Shown: positions 54,258 through 64,000 of the stretch, in pieces
How positions within the stretch are numbered: position 1 is the first letter of the stretch
How the letters are laid out: each line of letters begins with the position of its first letter
Assembly: GCA_963785305.1 (NCBI GenBank)
Contig: CAWAUV010000007.1
Location: 1,504,001-1,568,000 of the forward strand
Length of the DNA: 64,000 nucleotides
Origin: an uncultured Planctomycetaceae bacterium
GTDB lineage: Bacteria > Planctomycetota > Planctomycetia > Pirellulales > PALSA-1355
Direction of reading: 5' to 3'
The notes under the pieces: generated by a model
What the model was told of the DNA's origin: nothing
Database searches by the model: none
What the model saw: the letters and a program-made list of their open reading frames with translations, nothing else
Made by a program: the position numbers and the translations under genes

Positions 54258-55974
54258 GGGGACCAGTTCAGCTTTTGCGGGTTGGGGGGTGGATGTGGAA
54301 ACGTCAATAGGAGAATTCGGGGTTTGTGTGGTAAGCTGGGCGAGGTGGATTTGATCGGTGAACGAAACTTGCTTAAGGAGCGCTAGGCATGGACGCCGCG
54401 ATGCAGGCCCGCGAGGCCAGGAGGAAGGAACTTTTGCGGGAACTGGCCGAACTGGGAATCGAGGAGATGGTCGAGCAGGGGGCGTTCCTCGGCACGCCGC
54501 ACTATAGCGTCATCGAGCGGTATGCTATCACGCTCGGCCGCGAGTTGAGCCGTGAAGCCCAAGAGCGAGCGATGCGTGAAGTCGCCGCGAGCTGCCCGAC
54601 GGAAGCGAACTGCCCCACCTGCGGAGCGTCGTGCCGCGTGCAAACCGCAACGAGGCCGGTCACCAGCCTGGATGGCCGGGTCGAGGTGACCGAGACGACC
54701 GCTTACTGCGACCGCTGCCGGCGGTCTTTTTTTCCCTCAGCGGTTGACGTTGGGACTCGATAGCCGCGAGGTCACGCCCGAGTTGACGCGAGCCGTGGTC
54801 TGCCTAGCCGCGGAAGTCCGTTCGTTCAAGCGCGCGGAAGTGACCACCGAGCAAGTGCTGGGACACAAAGTTCCCTGCAGCACGATTCGGCGTTTGGTGA
54901 AACAGGTGGGCCAGGAACTGGCCGACGGGAAGGCACTGCCGGCGCCCAGCGACAATAAAAAAGTCGTCAAGGAAGTCGTCGTGCCGGAAGCGGCGGTGGT
55001 CTCTTGCGACGGCGGCCGCATTCGCACGCGCGAGCCGGGCCGGGGACGCGGCGTCGTGCCGTCGGGCGAGAAAGGCTGGCGCGAAACGAAGAACGCTTCG
55101 TTCGAGCGAATGTCTCTCAACCCGCGGCATGTCGCGGACGAAGACGCTTGCCCCGAGTTGCCGACTTCCTTTCGCATCGCGAAAAAAGTGGCGAATATCG
55201 CGGAAAAAGCGGTTCCCCGCCTCGATTCGCCCGGCGAAGAATCCGCCGCCGAGAAACCCCGCCGCGTGAAGTACGAAGGCCCGCGGCGCGTGCTGCGCAC
55301 GGCGCTGAGCAGTATGTCCTGCTCGGAGGATTTCGGCCCGCTGATGCGGCGCGAAGCCCAGCGGCGCCGGTTCTACGATTCTCCTTTACGGGTCTTCCTC
55401 GGTGATGGCCTGAACTGGAACTGGTCGATCTGGAAAAAACATTTTCCGACGTTCACGCCCGTCCTCGACTTCATTCATGCGATTCAATACGTTTACCGCG
55501 CGGCGCTGGCGCTGGCCGCCAACGATGCGGAGGGTTGGTCGCTCTATCTAAAGTTCGTCACCTGGTGCTGGCAAGGCCAGGTCGATCACGTGATCGACGA
55601 GATCAAGCAAGCCTGCCTCGCCCGGGGCATCGACTGGGAAGATACGAAACCCAGTGACGCGGAGAAACCGCTCGTCGACGCCGTGCGGTACTTGACGAAC
55701 AATCGCCAGCGGATGGACTATCCCAGCTATCGCCGCCTGGGCCTGCCGGTCACCAGCGCCGATGGAGTCGCTGATCAAACAGATGAACCTGCGCGTGAAA
55801 GGGACCGAAATGTTCTGGGACGATCCCGACGGAGCGGAAGCGATCTTGCAGCTCCGCGCCGCCGCCCTCAGCGACGACGGCCGGCTCAAGGACTACCTCT
55901 CGCAACGCCCCGGCCACCCCTTCCACCGCCGCTCCACCCCCCTCGCCACCGCCGCATAAGCTGAACTGGTCCCC
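54258..55974 (+). mobile_element. ISKra4-like (Mutator-type) insertion sequence
   Basis: 23-bp IRs GGGGACCAGTTCAGCTT(T/A)TGCGG (22/23). CGCGCCGGC occurs at 54249-54257 and 55978-55986, a possible target duplication with a 3-nt offset. Confidence 0.85.
54389..55959 (+). CDS. ISKra4-like transposase, split at T7-CCC (54727-54736) and again near 55758
   Basis: CPTCG..CDRC zinc finger, SFFP slip site, SCDGG, WRETK, LGDGLNWNW, LDFIHA, RMDYPSYRRLGLPVTS/MESLIKQMNLRVKG. Confidence 0.85.
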
Positions 55975-56204
55975 CGGCGCGCCGGCGGCCGACCGTGGCG
56001 CCGCATATCGGCCCGCGAGGATGGCTGCCCTTGCAAAAATAGGCAAAATGCCTCATCTTTCTCTCATGGAGCGTGCCTTGGCGCGGAGCCGGTTCGCGAA
56101 ATGCGCGGTCCCGAAGCCGGCGGGCGTTTTTGGGGGCTTCGGCGGGACCCTCGCTTCGTTCGTTTCCTTCGCGGCGTCGGCGCCTATCGAGCGCGGATCG
56201 GGCC

Positions 56205-57549
56205 ATGAGCCATATCGGCGAAATTCTTTTTGAATACCATAAAGTTCACCCAACTACTTGGGTGCATTCTGTCGTCGCTGCTCACGATCTGCGTCTACTT
56301 CAAGTTCAGCCGCTTGTGGAGCGTGCGAAATTTGGACTTGGTGGGGCTGATCTTGCTGGCGCCCGGCCTCTTGATGGTGGCCTCGGGCGCGGTGGTCGGA
56401 TATCTCTGGCTGTTCTTCATGGGCGGCATGTTTCTGGTGCGCTTGCTGCTCGATCCCACGATGGTTCGCCGCCCGCTGCTCGAGCCCAATCTTTCGGTCG
56501 GCGGCATGACGTTTCTCGGCTCCTCGCTGTTCCTATTCCTCATGGCCAATGTGCTCAATAGCCGGCCCACGAGCCAGGAATTGGCCGAGGTCGAGTTGGC
56601 CGACCGCCGCTGGGCCGGTCCGGCTTTGGACCAAAACAACACCGCGACGAAGCCCGGCGCGGGGCCCGCCGCCAGCGGCGAAATCGTCCCGCGCGGGCCC
56701 GGCTACGCGCTCCTATATTCGCTACCCAACATCACAACCCAGAGCATCGCCGCCCCTCCCGACACGCCGCGCGAAGACCGCAATGTGCGCGGCGATGTGG
56801 TGCGAACCGCAGGCTCGCGGGTAGTGGTCATTTTGTCCCACTTGGCGATCATCATCGGCATGGTGCTGATCGGCTTTCGTCATTTCGACAATGTGCGCAC
56901 CGGCATCGCCGCCGCCACGCTGTATTTACTCGTGCCCTACACGGCGCAGTACATGGGCCACCCGGACCATGTGCTGCCGGCCGCGCTCGTGATCTGGGCG
57001 ATCCAATGTTATCGGCGCCCGCTCGTGGCTGGGCTGCTCTTGGGTCTCGCCACGGTGGTCATGTATCCGATTTTCCTCGTGCCGCTGTGGCTGGGATTTT
57101 ATTGGCCGCGCGGCTTCTGGCGTTTCGGGCTGGGAGTGTCGCTGGCGGTGGGCGCGTTCGTGCTCTCGCTGGCGTTCATGCCCCAGCCGTTTTGGCCGCT
57201 GGCGGAGCAGTTTTTCGGCCTCGCCGGCGTGCCGCCCACGGGTTTTTGGGCCTCGGAGCATGTCAACACCGTGTATCGCATTCCGGTGCTGGCGGCGTTT
57301 GTCGCGCTCTGCGGCAGCCTCACGCTATGGCCCGCGCAAAAGAACCTGGGAACGCTCATGAGCTGTTCGGCGGCGGTGATGGTGGCGGCTCAGTTCTGGA
57401 TGCCCACCGGCGGCGGACTGCATATTGCCTGGTATCTTCCGCTGTTGCTGCTCACGATTTTTCGGCCGAATTTGGAAGACCGGGTTGCGCTCAACGCGCT
57501 CAGCCCGCGCTGGCTCGGCTCCTTGGCTCGCATGGAACGCGCGGCTTAA
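56205..57549 (+). CDS. Conserved planctomycete membrane protein, GT87/GT-C-like (frameshift near 56262)
   Basis: HPTTW..SSLL..YFKFSRLWSVRNLDL, RRPLLEPNLS, WYLPLLLLTIFRPNLEDR; many TM helices. Confidence 0.75.
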
Positions 57550-57583
57550 GGCGCCGCGGCGGGGCAGGGCGGCCGAAGCGCGT

Positions 57584-58408
57584 TCACCAGGGGTTCGTCC
57601 AATCGCCCCAGCGCTCGAGATAGTCGGCGTAGGCCGGTGTTTCTCCGACGCGCGCTTCGAGCCATCCCTTGGTCTGGGCGATGAGCCCCTGTTCCTCGTC
57701 GAGCGTGATCGCGCCTGTCATCACGCGCGTGCGCAAAAACACGAAGTACGTGTCGAGCAAATCGCAGCGGCAATAGTCGTTGATCTCGCGGAGCTGACCG
57801 GCGTCGAACATGTCTTGCACCATGGCGCCTTGCACATCCATTTTGCCGGGCTTTCCGAGGAGATTGGCGGCCAGATTGAGGCCCCCGTTGAAGCGCGAGC
57901 TGCCGAAGTTGGTGAGGAACTCTTGCAGATCGAAATGCGAATCGAGATTGAAGCGATTGCGATATTGCTCGAAACTCTTGGCGCCCAGGTTGAACCAGCC
58001 CGGCGCCGCGATTCCATAGCGAAACGCCGAAAGCTCCAGGAGCGGCAAATCGAAGCCACGGCCGTTGAAACTCACGAGCGTCGGCCGGCGATAATGCTCC
58101 CAACCGCGCCAAAAGAGCTCGGTAATCACATGCGGCCGATAGCGCGGCTCATCGAGCGTGGCCACGTCGAGCAGGCGAAAGTCGGCCGTGATCTTGCCAA
58201 CGGCCACTGAAATCGGCGTTTGAAACGTGTAGGGAATGAAATCGCTGTCGTGCTTGGCCAGCAGTTCGTCGCGATAGCGGCGCGTCGCGTCGACCGGCGC
58301 GAGGTTCTCTCCCGGATAGCGGAGCTTCGACACCAATTGCCCATCGGCCACGCTTTCAATGTCGAACGCCAAATACCGCACACTGTTGTCGGCCATTCGA
58401 TCCGCCAT
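57584..58408 (-). CDS. Predicted 3'-5' exonuclease related to the PolB exonuclease domain
   Basis: ExoI FDIES, ExoII SFNGRGFDLP, ExoIII YCRCD. Confidence 0.9.
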   Translation of the reverse strand: MADRMADNSVRYLAFDIESVADGQLVSKLRYPGENLAPVDATRRYRDELLAKHDSDFIPYTFQTPISVAVGKITADFRLLDVATLDEPRYRPHVITELFWRGWEHYRRPTLVSFNGRGFDLPLLELSAFRYGIAAPGWFNLGAKSFEQYRNRFNLDSHFDLQEFLTNFGSSRFNGGLNLAANLLGKPGKMDVQGAMVQDMFDAGQLREINDYCRCDLLDTYFVFLRTRVMTGAITLDEEQGLIAQTKGWLEARVGETPAYADYLERWGDWTNPW

Positions 58409-58588
58409 GACGAGAAAATCCTTCCGCTGCGATTGGGCGCCACAAGGCCCGAAAAAAGCCTTGCGAATTCCGAGCCCGTTGCGTTAGCCTATCAAATCAA
58501 GCCCCTGAGAGCGAAGATACGCAGGGCCGTTCGACGATTCTTTCTTCGTGTTTCACGCCTCTCGCTTTTTTGGAAGCCGCCGATTCCC

Positions 58589-59866
58589 ATGTCCTCCGCC
58601 ATGCCTGCTACCCATGCCGCGATCAATGCCGAGCGATTGCTGGCTCGTTTCCTGCGTTATGTTCGCGTCGACACCACCGCGATCGAATCGGCCGGCGTGT
58701 ATCCCAGCTCGCCGGGGCAGCTCGAGCTCGGGCACTTGCTTGTCGGCGAGCTGCGTGAGCTGGGGCTCGCCGACGCCAGCCAGTCGCCCGAGGGCATTGT
58801 CATTGCCACGCTTCCGGCCACGTCGGCCAAGCCCTGTCCCACGATCGCCTTCAACTCGCATCTCGACACCTCGCCCGAAACCTCGGGCCGCGATGTCCGG
58901 CCGCAAGTAATCCGCGGCTATGCGGGCGGCGACCTCACCTTGCCCGGCAATCCGCGGCAGGCGATCCACGTCGCGGAAAATCCCGATCTCGCCCGCTGCC
59001 TGGGCCACACGCTCATCACCACCGATGGCACGACGTTGCTGGGGGCCGACGACAAAGCCGGCGTGGCCGTGATCATGGAAACCATCGCCTATTTGTCCGA
59101 GCATCGCCAAGCGCCGCATGGACCGATCAAGGTCTGTTTCACTTGCGACGAGGAAGTTGGCCACGGCGTCGACCATGTCGATCTCGCGAAGCTCGGCGCC
59201 CGGGCATGCTACACGCTCGACGGCCAAGGCGTCGATGAGATCGATGTCGAAACTTTTTCGGCCGATCTGGCGATCGTGGGAATTCGCGGCGTGAATATCC
59301 ATCCTTCGATCGGAAAGGGGCGCATGGTCAACGCGCTGCGCGTGGCGGCGCATTTCGTCGAACTCCTGCCGCGCGATGGATGCTCGCCCGAGACGACCGC
59401 CGATCGCGAGGGCTTTCTGCATCCCTATCATGTCGATGGCTCGGTGGCCGAGGTCACGCTGCGAATTTTGCTTCGCGACTTCGACACCGCCCAGCTCGCC
59501 ACGCTCGCCGAGCGGTTGCGAACAATCGGCCGGCAATGCGAAGCCGACTTTCCGCAGTCATCGGTCACGGTCGACATCACGCCCCAATATCGCAACATGG
59601 CCGATGGGCTGCGCCGCGAGCCGCGCGCGGTGGCGCTAGCCGAGCGGGCGTTCACGAATCTCGGCCGGTCGCCGCGGCGCACCCTGGTGCGCGGCGGCAC
59701 CGATGGCTCGCGCTTCACCGAGTTGGGCCTGCCCGCGCCGAATCTCTCGACCGGCGAGCACAATCCGCATTCGCCGCTCGAATGGGCCTCGCTCGACGAG
59801 ATGAGCCAAGCCGCGCAAAACCTGGTCGAACTGGCCCGCCTCTGGTCCGAAGAACCCGAAGCCTAG
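58589..59866 (+). CDS. pepT: Peptidase T (M20B tripeptide aminopeptidase)
   Basis: RFLRYVRVDT, SHLDTS, TDGTTLLGADDKAG, FTCDEEVG, TLDG, VRGGTDG, HNPH. Confidence 0.95.
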   Translation: MSSAMPATHAAINAERLLARFLRYVRVDTTAIESAGVYPSSPGQLELGHLLVGELRELGLADASQSPEGIVIATLPATSAKPCPTIAFNSHLDTSPETSGRDVRPQVIRGYAGGDLTLPGNPRQAIHVAENPDLARCLGHTLITTDGTTLLGADDKAGVAVIMETIAYLSEHRQAPHGPIKVCFTCDEEVGHGVDHVDLAKLGARACYTLDGQGVDEIDVETFSADLAIVGIRGVNIHPSIGKGRMVNALRVAAHFVELLPRDGCSPETTADREGFLHPYHVDGSVAEVTLRILLRDFDTAQLATLAERLRTIGRQCEADFPQSSVTVDITPQYRNMADGLRREPRAVALAERAFTNLGRSPRRTLVRGGTDGSRFTELGLPAPNLSTGEHNPHSPLEWASLDEMSQAAQNLVELARLWSEEPEA

Positions 59867-61088
59867 TGCGGCATCAAGCGTAAGAAATGGGGTTGCGGAT
59901 TTCAAGGATTGATGGGAAACCTTCGGTAACAAGGAGGTGTCCCATGAACAAGAAGTTCATCGTTCGTCTGTCGGATGAGGAGCGCGGCGTTTGTCGGGAG
60001 GTCGTCAAGAAGCTCAAGGGATCGTCGCAGAAGGTTCGTCGTGCGCGGATTCTGCTCAAGGCCGATGCCGATGGGCCGGGGTGGCCGGATGCGAAGATCG
60101 CCGAGGCATTCAACTGCCGCGTGCAGACGATCGAGAATCTCCGCAAGCGGTTGGTGACGGAAGGCTTTGAATTGGCTTTGGATGGCAAGAAACGCCAGGA
60201 ACCGCCCACGCCGCCCAAACTCGATGGCGAAGGGGAAGCGAAGTTGATCGCCATGCGGTTGGGCAAGCCGCCCGCAGGCTACGGGCACTGGACGTTGCAA
60301 CTGCTCGCCGACGAACTGGTGGCCCTGGAAGTCGTCGATTCGATCAGTCACGAGACGGTTCGCAAGGTGCTAAAAAAAACGGCATGACCAAGCGGAAGAT
60401 CGAGTACTGGGTGATTCCGCCGGAGCAAGATGCCGAGTTCGTCGCTTGCATGGAAGAGGTGCTCGAAACCTACGAAAAAGCGTACGATCCGCAGCATCCG
60501 GTGTTGTGCATGGACGAACAGCCGGTCCAGTTGCTCAAGGAAACACGGGTGCCGATCGAAGCCACCAAGGAGCATGGCCAGCGCGTCGATTACGAATACG
60601 AACGCAACGGCACAGCCAGCATCTTCATGTTCGCCGAGCCGCTCTCGGGTTTCCGGCAAGCGACGGCCCGCCCGCAGCGAACCAAGGCCGACTGGGCGAT
60701 CGAAGTCGCCCAATTGCTGGACACGCGCTATGCCGATTGCGCGAACGTGACCTTGGTGTGCGACAACCTCAACACGCACACCAAAGGAGCGTTTTACGAA
60801 GCGTTCGAGCCAGAACGTGCCCGTGCGTACATAAAACGGATCGACTTCTGCTACACGCCCAAACACGGCAGTTGGCTGAATGTCGCCGAATGCGAGCTGA
60901 GTTGCCTGACGAGCCAGTGCCTGAGCGACCGCCGCATCGGCGAACTGATCGAACTGCAAAGTGAAATCCGGCTTGGTCCGACAAAACGAACGCGAAACAA
61001 CGGGGCGTCGACTGGCAATTCCGGATCGAAAATGCCCGCGTGAAACTGAAGCGGCTCTACCCCAAAATCAAGACTTGATGCCGCACTA
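59864..61088 (+). mobile_element. IS630-family insertion sequence at a CTAG site
   Basis: Perfect 16-bp inverted ends CTAGTGCGGCATCAAG (59863-59878) and CTTGATGCCGCACTAG (61074-61089), including the duplicated TA. Confidence 0.93.
59944..61078 (+). CDS. IS630 transposase, -1 frameshift at A8 (60372-60379); extra indel near 60970
   Basis: HTH ORF (RRARILLKAD, WTLQLLA, ETVRKVLKK) plus DDE ORF (CMDE, DYEYERNG, CDNLNTH, TPKHGSWLNVAE). Confidence 0.93.
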
Positions 61089-61140
61089 GTCGCAAACTTC
61101 AGCAAGGAGTCTTGGCGACGGCCGGAGGGAGAATTTTTTT

Positions 61141-61247
61141 GCCACGGAAGGACACTGAAAAAACACGGAAGGAAGCATGGGCACGAGGGAGCTTCCAGGG
61201 TGGTGGAGCCCTCTTCATGCCGTGTTAATTCCGTGCGTTTCGGTGGC
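61141..61247. repeat. Inverted-repeat element of the GCCACGGAA-N-ACACG family (copy 2)
   Basis: GCCACGGAAGGACACTGAAAAAACACGG ... CCGTGTTAATTCCGTGCGTTTCGGTGGC. Confidence 0.7.
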
Positions 61248-61292
61248 CACTTCGCATTCATCTTTTTTCCCGCCGGCGCGGCCGGAAGCGTT

Positions 61293-62814
61293 TCAATCGC
61301 GGCCCAGGCTTCGACCTCGGCGCCAGCGGCGCCAAGCGGCGACGAGCGATGATCCCCCGCCGGAATCGTGCTCGGCGGTTTCGATCACCAGTCGCGCCAA
61401 CCATTCCCACCGCGCTTGCCGCGCGAGTCGCCGCGGACCGCTTGGGCCATCGAGAATCAGTTGCTCGAGCACGGGCAAGAGCGTTTCCGCCGCCGGGCCC
61501 GAGACCATCGCGCCGACGAGTTGACCGCTACGCGCATTCACGCGCAGCCGTAGTTCGCCGCCGAATGAATAAGCTCCGTCGCTCGATGAGACATGGCGAT
61601 CGATCATCGCCGCGCGGCGGGGGCCGCAATCGCCGACCCATCCGACACCCGGCGCGATTCGCAGCCGCCTTGCGACCGGCGGCGGCGGCCAGCGCTCGCG
61701 CAAACCCAAGCCCGCGCGAGCGGCCCGGCGCGCGAGGGCCAAGAGCCGATCGCCTTCGCCAAGCTCCGGCAGTTCGGCCGCCGGAATCACCGCCATCCGA
61801 CCATGCGCCGCGCCGAACGAGCGATCGGTCAACGGCTCGCCATCGATCATCGCCACACCCGCCAATTCGGGCCGCAGCCATTCGATGTCATAGGTCCGGT
61901 GGGTCACGATCAAGAGCTCGTCGGCGACGATCCATTGCGATTTGCCCTGCCGCTCGATGAGCAAGCTTTTGGCGGCGCCGGTGCGGTTGGCGCTCACAAT
62001 CGTTTGGTCGCGCCACACCCGCACTCCCTCGGCTTCGAGCCCCGCGGCGACGAGGCGCTCGATCGGCTCGCTCGGCGCAGGCGCGGCGCTCGTCCGTGAC
62101 TCGGGCGATTCTCCGCGGCGCATCGGCGGTTCGGCGATTCGCAAATCGACGTCGCTCATGAGCCGAGCATCCACCACGAGATCCACCGTCGACCCGAGCA
62201 GGGCGAGTGTCCGCGCCAGTTCGCAAGCCGTGCTGCTCGACCCGACCATCGCCCAGTGTCGCGGCCACTCGGCGAGCTCGGCCAGATCGTCGGGCGTGCG
62301 GTAGTCGAGCGTGTCGGCGCCGGGGATTGTCGACCGCGCCCGATCGGCGCGCGGAGCGAGCAGCGCGCGTTCGAAGGCGAGCGTTTGTCCGGCCACGCGC
62401 AGCGAGGTCGGAGATTGAAACGTGAGCGGGCCGAGAAACAGATCGAACGCCGCGGTCGCCCAGCCGTTCGGCCGAATATCGTTTGGCGGCGTTGTCGGCA
62501 AGTCGCTTGCCAAGCTGGCGGCACGTTTCGAAGTCGAAGCGGCCACGCGCCGCCTCGGGCCAGGCGAACTCGCGGGCCTCATCGATCCGCGGCGCGCTCT
62601 CGGCCGCTAGATCGAGCGCGGCGCGCATCGCGTGGTGTTGGGCGTCGCGACCCAGTCGATGATCCGACACCAGGGCAATGGTTCGCCGCCGCCCGCGCGA
62701 ATATTCCTGCCGGCGAGCAAACTCCGCAGCCAAGATCGCGAGCGCATCGCCACCCACGATCACAAGATCGTAGCGAAGCGCAGCGCGGGGATTCGTCCAC
62801 TCGCTCGTGGCCAT
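61293..62814 (-). CDS. Degenerate pyridine nucleotide-disulfide oxidoreductase-like protein (frameshift near 62500)
   Basis: YDLVIVGG, ERLGDRGV, IPGAD, VGSSSTACELARTLALLGSTV and SGQLVGAMVSGPAA follow the LPD/MerA layout, but the key motifs are eroded. Confidence 0.7.
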
Positions 62815-62921
62815 GCGGGGCGGCCTTCGCGGAAGGTTCCGAGATTCTCGGGGCGCCGCCGCGCGCGGAAATTGTCTTCCTTGGCGCCAGGGCCGGCAAA
62901 TGCTCTTCCGCATCAGCCTAG

Positions 62922-63067
62922 CAGCCTGTTGAAATATTCAACAGGCTGCGCCGCATGGACGTGGCGTCAAAATAAGGACCTAAGTCGTTATTTCGCGAGC
63001 CGCGACGAGCTTTGCTCGGCGCTTGGCGAGGTTTAAAAATGCCACGAAGGCATTTTTAAACAGGCTG
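62922..63067. mobile_element. 146-bp MITE flanked by CTAG duplications, starting with copy 3 of the 27-bp palindrome
   Basis: CTAG-CAGCCTGTTGAAATATTCAACAGGCTG...TTTTTAAACAGGCTG-CTAG; internal hairpin GTTTAAAAATGCC-ACGAA-GGCATTTTTAAAC. Confidence 0.82.
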
Positions 63068-63115
63068 CTAGCGTGTTTGGCCCGCGGGCCATAGCCTACC
63101 TGGACCATGCACGAT

Positions 63116-64000
63116 TCATTTGGTCACGGTGGTTCGTTCGGCGCGGGCGGCTAGTTCGGCATAGTGGCCGGCCAGCGCGACATCGCCTTGCTGGAGCAGC
63201 ATCGAGGAGAGATTGCCATAGGGCACCGCCAGCGCGGCCCGGGGAAGCGTGCCGGCTTCGACCGCTTGTTCGATCGCTTTGGCCCCTTGCTGCGAGAGTC
63301 GCACCGCTCGCTCTCGGGCGCCGGTCTCCCAATAAGAAACCGCCATGCTCACCAACATATCGCCGGTTCGGGCCGGATCGGTATACCGGCTCGGCTTGGC
63401 CTTGGCCGCCGCTTCGATCAGCGGCAGGGCTTTGTCGTACCAAGCGACCGCCTCGCGATGATTGGCTCGCTCGATGGCCTGGAGCGACCCCAAGCGGTAA
63501 TACAATTGCCCGGCGCGGGTCGCGATCGGGGGTGTCGATCGTGGCGTCGGCTTCGGCAATGAGTTTGGCGGCGGTTTCGCCCAAGGCGAGCGAGTCGGCT
63601 GTCTTTCCGCCGGTGCGTTCGATGACCATGGCGTCGGCCAGAGCCAGGGCAAGCCGCCACTGGAGCGAGCCACGGGCTTCGACCTCTTCGGCCGCGTCGA
63701 TCCGCGCGTCGCCGATGCGCTTAAGCTCCGCGATCCAATCCGTGGCGGGCGATTTTCCCGGAGCGGCGGCGAGGACCATCATCGCCGTTTCGTGGACTTC
63801 AAGCAACACGATCGCGTCGGCCTGTTCTTTCGTGGTTAGTTCCTCGGCCATGGTCTTGGCCCGGCCCAGCCACTTCATGGCCGCCTGATGCTTGTGGCTC
63901 CATTGGCCGAGCGCGATATCGCGAGCCACGGCCAAATGGGCTTCGAGCAGCAACATTTTCGCGGCGCGGCGAGTTTGCGGCGAGCTATCGGCGGCGAGCG
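63116..64000 (-). CDS. 3' part of a TPR-like hypothetical protein (frameshift near 63510; starts beyond the window)
   Basis: ORFs 63096..63956 and 63116..63673 join: GQLYYRLGSLQAI..HREAVAWYDKA..LVSMAVSYW..VPYGNLSSM. Confidence 0.75.

Noticed and set aside
1..64000. tRNA, rRNA or prophage genes
   Set aside because: No cloverleaf or rRNA-like segments and no phage structural or integrase genes recognised by eye; tRNAscan/Infernal not run.

Overview
High-GC window from a planctomycete, most likely Pirellulales-type (DUF1559 protein, planctomycete-type Tad genes and conserved hypotheticals). It carries about 30 single-base frameshifts, including in essential genes (serS, dapL, lolD), so these are best read as uncorrected long-read assembly errors rather than pseudogenes. 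In order: a Tad/Flp pilus locus (cpaC, cpaB, cpaA, flp); a divergent membrane glycosylation-type cluster (prenyltransferase-fold protein, Tat-signal DUF362 protein, YfhO-like GT-C, GT2); a housekeeping run (comF, hemC, lolC/E-lolD, ilvE, M20 peptidase, serS, esterase, dapL, cysC); then an accessory island at 34.1-39.8 kb. In that island 14 copies of a 24-bp REP in three clusters bracket an MmeI/YeeA-like DNA methyltransferase and a RAYT-type HUH transposase. It also holds a 161-bp MITE, a deleted IS66 and the stump of a second RM methyltransferase. Next come icd and a candidate metal-uptake operon (Cys/His-rich leader with a Pro-rich tail and alternative hairpins, DUF1559 pilin-like protein, PepSY_TM protein). 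The rest is fusA, a sigma54-type stress cluster, ISKra4-like and IS630 elements, pepT and a degenerate flavoprotein. Three further families of small palindromic repeats or MITEs are scattered through the window. No rRNA, tRNA or CRISPR array was seen. The two best candidates for an undescribed system are the REP/RAYT-bracketed RM locus and the leader-DUF1559-PepSY operon, in which a pilin-like protein occupies the slot normally held by a TonB-dependent receptor. All family assignments come from motif recognition by eye; no database search was run.
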